DNA from: Octopus vulgaris
Lineage: Eukaryota
Reading direction: 5' to 3'
Assembly: GCA_951406725.2 (NCBI GenBank)
Contig: OX597814.1
Span: 136,152,001-136,216,000 of the forward strand
DNA length: 64,000 nucleotides
Part shown: positions 56,854 through 64,000 of the stretch, piece after piece
How positions within the stretch are numbered: the stretch's first letter is position 1
Layout: each line of letters starts with the position of its first letter
Position numbers and translations under genes: made by a program
Notes under the pieces: model-generated
What the model was told of the DNA's origin: nothing
The model's database searches: none
The model's input: only the letters and a program-made list of their open reading frames with translations

Positions 56854-57697
56854 TTAGGCTGTCATACATGAAATGTCGCATTTTTAATTACTTGTTATTT
56901 CCGTCATTTAAAAACTCAATTATGTATAACCTTGCATTTAATCTTGACTCTTTTTCTTCCAAACAATATTGATATGCAAAATTCGTACCCACAGACCTTA
57001 TGAAAATGATGACAACCAAACTATGTTGAATGATTTTCTTGTGTGAGTACAAACTGGGTCACTCTACTGCAGAAGCTCTACGGAATATCAAGCAGACCTT
57101 TGGCAATGGATTTGGTGACATCAGAACTGTTCAGAGATGGTTCCACAGATCGCGTTCAGGAGATGATAGCCTTGAAAATGAACCAAAGGGGAGGCGAAAA
57201 TCAGTTATTCGGCATGATGGATTAAATGCTTTGGTTGAACAAAATCCGAGAACAACGGTCCGAAAACTTTCATTAGAATTCCAAGCATCTTGCACAACTC
57301 TTTCTCGACACCTCAGAAAAATTACGGAAGTCATGAAAATGGATAGGTTGTTCCCATCAACTGAACGAGATTCAAAAGAACATGCAATTGCCAGGAAATT
57401 GATTGTATGCATGAGAATTTGCAAAAGAAGCAACCCAGACTAGTGAATAGAGATGGCCCAATTTTGCTCCTCGACAATTCACGTCCTCACACTTCACAAG
57501 CTACGGTCCAAAAGTTGCAAAGCCTGAATTATGAGATTTTGCAACATCTTCCCTGTTCCTCTGATATTTCTCCTACTGATTAGTACTTATTTAAACATTT
57601 TGAGCTTTTCATACGCAATAAAACCTTCTGAAATAGAGAAGAGGTAATGGAAACATTCCGACCGTTTATCACAACAAAAGATGAATTTTTTTTAAAG
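56854..57697 (+). mobile_element. Mariner (DD34D-type) remnant with internal deletion, 3' end lost
   Basis: TA-TTAGGCTGTC start; EYKLGHSTAEALRNIKQTFG...RTVQRWF...SLENEPKGRR; LVNRDGPILLLDNSRPH...SDISPTD*YLF. Confidence 0.85.
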
Positions 57698-59328
57698 AAG
57701 GGAGATTTGGCTATTGTTTCTAGCACATCCAAAACCACCCTCCGTTTTCACTCTCACTCGTATTGATGTTTTCTCAATATTCTTCTCCCATTAAACACAT
57801 TTATGGAATGATGATGCCGAAGTAACACAAACGTGGTCCGTTGGTGGACTATTAAAAAAATGTAATTAAAATTTTTACCCCCACCTCAATCAAGCAAATC
57901 CGTGTGTGTGTGTAAAAAACAAACATTACCACTGTGGATAAATGCCAACAATGACCTTCTCAGGCTCTCCAATATTTTAATTTATAAACAGAAACAATCG
58001 GGGAAGTAAGTGGGGTTGCAAAAAAGTCATAATTTTTCAAACTTTTATTTTTTATAGCATATAAATGTATTTATGGGGAGAAAATATAGAAAAAACATCA
58101 ATACATTTGAGAGTGAGAAAGAAACGAGGAAGGTTTCTTGGAATGTGCTAGAAACAACTGCCAAATCTCCCTTAAATCACTCACTTTATCCTCTGAAAAT
58201 ATTAACAATTTTTTAATATTTTTTTTTACCGAAAAGGCTTCTTTCATGATTATGAAGTGCAAAAAATAAAGGTCAAAATCAGTGCAGAGTGGGATGATGG
58301 AGGGGTGGGGGTATACAAAAAATTTAAAAAGCTTTTTTTCATAAAATGATGTTCCCCGCCCACATCATTTCGAATGCTATGGTCTAAAAGGAAAAAAACG
58401 GGGGGAAACCCTGTCAAAACGGAGTAGTTCCAACTTATTTGGTCTTTCTGATTCGAAACTCCGTTTTTCGAAACTCCTCTCCCCACATCCTTAAAAAAAA
58501 TTTTCCCCATAAATTTCTTTATAATCGTAATCTATGCCGTTTGAAAGGTATTTGTATAACATTTTACTTAAAGAAATCTCTTTTCCTGAAAGTTAAGAGG
58601 GTAAGAAGTCAGATTATGTTAATTTTCCGAAATTTCTCTCTCTACCCCCGCGAAAAAATTATTTCCCATAAATCCCTAAATACTATGAATCCACAGTATC
58701 TGAGCAGTATTTGTTGAATGTTGCGTTAAAAAGTATCCATTTTTCTGGAAGTTATGAAGCAACAAAGTCGGTGGTGGGGTACACATCAGTACTTATGCAG
58801 GCACATAATGGGAAAATACTTTGAAAGTAAGGTATCCCTGAAATGTGAATACAAAGGGAATAAAACAAGTTTCGCATAAATCGGACCACGGATTCCCGAG
58901 ACGTGCGGTTTTTTTTTGGGCACCTTCATAAATAGCCAAAACCGTGCATAATGGGGAAACAACTCCGAAAGTAACATAGCCCTGAAATGGGAGACTTGTT
59001 TCCATTAGTTTTATGCTTACGTTATATAACAAATTCTTTTGCATTTTTGTAGAAGTGTGCACATATACCATAAATAAATGTTGTTACTGGAGTTCAAGTT
59101 TATCCTGGAAGTTCTATTTCTTTTAGATGCTGTAAATAATCAATTAAACCTTAAACATCAGCTTGTAAACCAGATCTATGATGACTTGTAATCCAGACCT
59201 ATGATGACACGAACGAATTGAAATAGTTAACTGAATCCTAAAATTAACTTTCATTTCAATGCAATGTTGAAATCAGCGTCAATGTTTTATAACTTGAACC
59301 GTCAGTGACCCAACGGGTCACGGGTAGT
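57698..59328 (+). mobile_element. Possible non-autonomous Helitron/Helentron-like element
   Basis: 3' hairpin GTGACCC-aac-GGGTCAC followed by GGGTAG-T (decayed CTAG-T); ~110-bp inverted repeat at 57698-57806/58060-58173. The 5' boundary is uncertain. Confidence 0.4.
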
Positions 59329-59479
59329 CTAACAATAGAATAAAATCTTTCAATTCCATTCACATAAACTTACATTTTTCGTTGCCAAAAACACTCATTT
59401 TTGTGAGACTACAATACTTAATGTATACCTATTTCTAGTTTCTTGTGATTTGGAATTTTGGCTTATATTTTTACTTTTA

Positions 59480-61080
59480 ATTCCAAACTGAGGAGCCCAA
59501 GTGAAAACAAAAAACGTGCGGCAATATTAGAGTGAGAAGAAATCTGTTTGTTTTGTCAATTTTAAAGATAAATGTTTGTCTGTTGTGGAAGAATTATTGT
59601 TGCAGTATAGCCCCATCAAAGAAAACAGAAAAAGAAAAACAAGAAAGAAAGAAAAAAATGGAAAGCCACGTCGAACGTAATTTCCCGTCTAATCACACAC
59701 ATCTTTTACCAATGGCCACCCACTTAAATCAGAAATAAAATGTCCGAAAATAAATCAACGTAAATGAAGTCTATGTATCCTGCAGTTGGTTTTTACTAGA
59801 AACGTGGTTAAGCCTAAAAATGCAACCATTGCTGTTTTTCGAAATTTCTTACTCACTCACAAGAAAATAAAAGAAAAGAAAAATTCCACGATGGTGAGTT
59901 GTTAGAAGAAGCATTTCTGTGCTGTAATGACAGCTTATTTAACGGATTTTCTAACTCACAAGATTATGTCAGTATTACACGACTTACAGTTATCTGACTA
60001 TTGCAAGAATATATGCTATTTCAGCTGATATGCAAATTCAGCTAAAACAAAAACAAAAACAAAATGATTTGGTGATATGTGACTGATTCTCACTTGTTTG
60101 ACGAGTCAACAGATCTATCAGACATCGATAATAGTTATGGTAAGAATGGTAGTTAGTGCCTTCACAATAAAAGAGTCACTGAAGTTATTATTTATGGAAG
60201 AGTAAAAATCAGGTGAAGACATTTATAATAGTCACACTACATGCAACATCGATAGATAAGATTCTACACAAGCTATATCGGATCACGCACAATTGATGGG
60301 CCACCAGCAATGGCTGGTAGTATAAAAAATGTACTGCTTTTTGAGAAAACGATGAATTCGTTCATATTTTTGTCTGAACATTGTTATAAAAATAATCATC
60401 TTTGCAACATCAGCTTTTCAAGCCCTGACTAGAAGATACTAAAGAAAAATAACCAGATCTCAGTACATATAGAAATGTAATGGCCCAGTAAAGGTAAAAT
60501 TCTTATAAAATCCAAAATCACAACTATTGATCAACCATGTAGCTTTTGTTGGATTTGAGCTTTCTTACACACATCACAAGCAAATTGAATTCCTTCAATC
60601 TGGAGCTCTGGTGAAGAATAAGTATGAAGCTTTAATGACGTGCTTCACAAAATAATTGAAAGCAAAACTAGATTTGTGAATTTTTTTCTTTCAGCTGAAT
60701 AGGAAGTCTCCTGTGTATTTTCCAAATATAAAGAAGATGATATCTGATAATGACTTATCTGAAGAAAATGGTATCTGATAATGACTTGTATAAACAAATT
60801 GATATGTGATAATGAATCAGTGACAGTTTGAAATAATTATTTGAAAGTTTACCTATCTTGGAGCTGATGATCACCAATTTTATAAATATGCCATACTTCA
60901 CTTGTGCACATCGTAAAAAAGCCAGGACTGCAGTGTTCGTCTGGAAAAAAGATGGGACGAACACTGGACCTAATTAAGTATGTCATATAAATAAAGATCT
61001 TAATCTAGAGCTGCTTCTGTTGCATAATTTGAATCACATTTTTGTCTCATAAATCATTTTGCATGTTACATAAATGTAAC
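59480..61080 (+). mobile_element. hAT (Charlie/SPIN-like) transposase remnant, heavily degraded
   Basis: Fragments in the expected order: BED-like zinc finger, FHDGELLEEAFL, ISADMQIQL, DESTDLSD (60100), SGEDIY, DGPPAMAG (TDGAPAMxG). Confidence 0.7.
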
Positions 61081-61119
61081 AGATGTAGTTGCATCGACCA
61101 GAAAACCTTACTCAAATAA

Positions 61120-61653
61120 CCCTTCTTACTAAAGGCACAAGGCCTGAAATTTGAAGGAGAGGACTAGACGATTATATCGACCCCAGTTTTTCACTGGTAC
61201 TTAATTTATCGACCCGAACATAACGACGGGCGAAATACCTATTTCTTTACTACCCACAAGGGGCTAAACACAGAGAGGACAAACAAGGACAGACAAAAGG
61301 ATTAAGTCGATTATATCGACCGCAGTGCGTAACTGATACTTATTTAATCGACTCCGAAAGGATGAAGGGCAAAGTCGACCTAGGCGGAATTTGAACTCAG
61401 AACGTAGCGGCAGACGAAATACCTATTTCTTTACTACCCACAAGGGGCTAAACACAGAGAGGGCAAACAAGGACAGACAAACGGATTAAATCGATTATAT
61501 CGACCCCAGTAACTGGTACATATTTAATCGACCCCGAAAGGATGAAAGGCAAAGTCGACCTAGGCAGAATTTGAACTCAGAGCGTAACGGCAGACGAAAT
61601 ACCGCCAAGCATTTCACCCGGCATGCTAACGTTTCTGCCAGTTCGACGCCTTA
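61120..61653 (-). mobile_element. SINE family B multimer with 13-bp TSD
   Basis: CTTACTCAAATAA at 61107-61119 and 61659-61671; two full bodies plus a partial third. Confidence 0.9.
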
Positions 61654-61677
61654 CAAATCTTACTCAAATAATAACAA

Positions 61678-64000
61678 TCATTTTGCAACTACGTTCGCCA
61701 AAATCTTCAACTCTTCGTTAAGCAGAGTGATGGGCCGAAAGTTATTTACAAGAACCCTTTTGTCTGGGTCTTTTCTTAGCAGCATCACCACTCCCTGGCT
61801 CACAGATTTGGGTATGAACTCGTTCTGCTGCCAGTTGTTGACGACGCAAGCCAGTAAATGCCCAAACAATCTTGGCATGCTATAATATAATTCTTAGGCA
61901 GTCCTGTCCCCACGACAGTCCGAGGAAGCATCCTCTACTTCCGCAGCTGTGATCGGCTTTTCAAAGCATTCCGCTTCCCGCCCCGATAGACGCGGCAAAC
62001 AGGCGAGGAAGTCCGTAGGGCCTATACTGCACTCCGGCTCACTGCTCCTCCCGAAAAGCTGGCCGAAATGGTCGTAAAAAGCCTTGCACATCTCGGGTTC
62101 GTTTACCAGTTGCCCGTGTTGGTTTGTCATAGACCTTACTGTGACGTTGTTGCCGTGTTGGGCCTCTACCACACGGGCCCATCTTGCAGCGTTGATCCCC
62201 TCTTGCCCCATTACACGAAGCTTGGCTCTGACAATACACCCCCCCCATTTCTAGCCTTGGAGTGTTGGCTGAGCGCCAATCTCGCGGCCAACACTTGAGA
62301 TGCACTGCCAGTCCTCAATGTCACTTCGAGGGCCTTAACTAAGACCCTTTCTACACTATTCTTCTTAGTTACTAATTCTTTACTACTAAATCTAATTGAC
62401 TCAAACTTGATGGCTCTTTTGAGGGCAGACCACCATTTGTTGTTAATAATGGCGCCTGTCAGTACTCCTCACAGGTCAAAAGAGACCTGTCGAGTTTCCA
62501 GTAGCTGGTTCCTTGTCTACATATCCTATTTATGACAGGCATACAGGGCACAAGTTTGTGATCACTGTAGATGACATAGTGGAATTGTGGACAAACAGCT
62601 ATATTCTTATCTTATCGTCTAACTATAATCCTATCAAGATAAAATCTAGAAGATCCGTCACTGTTCGTCCATGTCCACACTGGAGCGTCTGGAAATTCTA
62701 GTCTATACCGATCTGCCTGCTGAAAGCGATTGAGCAGATCGGTGAAACGTGGGTTACTCCTTCTATTTGGATTGGAGCCAACACAATCTACGCGTGCATC
62801 ACAGATTGTGTTAAATTCACATAAAAATACTAGAGTATGAGACGTGCTTAGGAAATTTTCTAGGCTTCTAAAATAGTCTGACTAGACACCTACCAGCTTG
62901 AAAGTCTTACCACCGCAGAGCATCACATCAAGGACAACCAGCCTGCCTTCCGGGTCAATAAAGTGTGTTCTAGTCTCGAAAGCTAGATTTTTCCCAAGTA
63001 GAATCGCGACACCACTCCCTCACCCTGGTTGGCATGGAGAAATAAATTTCTCGTAGCCGTTCAGGAGGTGGGGAAGACCTGCATCCCACTCAGTCTGATT
63101 TCCGTGGGCACTATCTCATCCAATCTGTGTGACCCGAGGTCATTAAGGAAGCGACTTTGCTTCCAGTCTGACCCCAGGCCACGTACATTTAAATATCCTA
63201 CAGTCAGTGTATCCATAAAAAAGGCTTACCTGTGGTAGCGAAGGGATTATAATCCCTTCTCAGTCTCTTCCGTGTCTTGTGAGGATTCTTGGGTTAGGCC
63301 TTCGTACATAGACGCACAGAAGTCCTTTCTGAGAGTGCCTATGTCGTGGGGGAATCGGGAGTATAGTATATTATAACTTATCTTATTTATAGAATAAATT
63401 AGGATTCCCTCTGGTAGGAGGGTGAAATGTTTGTAAGGTTCTGTAGTTGGTATGTCATGCCGTTCATCTGCTAAGAAATCATTCTCTGTATCTATTGCCA
63501 TGAAATTGAACTCGGTTGCTATTGGAAAGAGAGGGAGGGGAAGCTCATTTTCGAGACTGAGAGAGGTTGATTTGGCTATTTTTTGTTAGTGTTAGGGTTG
63601 GTGGGGGACGAGACAATTTGGAAATCGTGAGTGTCTGCAAGGGGAGATTTTCTCTTGTTGGAGCTGGGGCTAGAGAGGGCGTGATGGCTGTTTCTTCTTT
63701 TTTGTAGTTTCTTTTTGTGGGTTATAGTAGCCCAATCTTGTTTTAGCTTCCTCTTTTTCTGTTGTTGGATTTGTATTCTCCTGTATAGGTAGATCGTTTA
63801 CATCAGCTGTGGTTGTTGGCTCTGAGGGTTGTGTGGGGGAGGAGAGGGGAACTCGGCTCTTACGTGGTCTTTCTCGTCACATTTAAAGCAGCGAGGCCAC
63901 CTCCCCTCGACTGTTACACGTAACTTGGTCTCCTCTCCAATCTGGATAGTCTCTGCTATTTCTTCGAGGTGGGTAGGGGCTGCTTAGATAACTAATTCGA
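61678..64000 (-). mobile_element. Tx1/L1-clade LINE remnant (end of ORF1, APE endonuclease, start of RT), continues past the window
   Basis: ORF1 LRVTVEGRWPRCFKC knuckle near 63880-63930; ORF2 starts at ~63216 as MDTLTVGYLNVRGL, then TWT, LDRI, HKLV; RT ...KPITAAEVEDA... and NFRPITLLNEELKILANV; stops and frameshifts present. Confidence 0.88.

Overview
This is AT-rich, microsatellite-saturated eukaryotic DNA. The SINE families and the molluscan-type 5S sequence point to an octopus genome (my inference). No complete host protein-coding gene is visible. Almost all of the supplied ORFs are translations of simple repeats. The host signal is limited to the probable 5' end of a minus-strand gene: a CpG-containing first exon ending at 25391 and a 46-nt start-codon exon at 8293-8338. 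The rest is transposon material: many tRNA-derived SINEs, a full-length but damaged DD36E Tc1 element, mariner, hAT and piggyBac-type remnants and MITEs, CR1-group, Tx1/L1 and R4/Dong-type LINE fragments, Penelope-like fragments and a possible Helitron end. The most notable observations are: (1) a nested stack of R4/Dong-like LINEs that sit in (CATA)n and carry (CATA)n in their own 3' UTR; (2) a 5S rRNA head fused to the retroposon 3' tail shared with local SINEs (SINE3-like); (3) a repeat family with a covarying multi-stem structure carrying hammerhead core motifs in permuted order, plus a separate minimal hammerhead-like motif; (4) several (TA)n-associated fold-back hairpins. All calls were made by eye; no database searches or folding programs were run.
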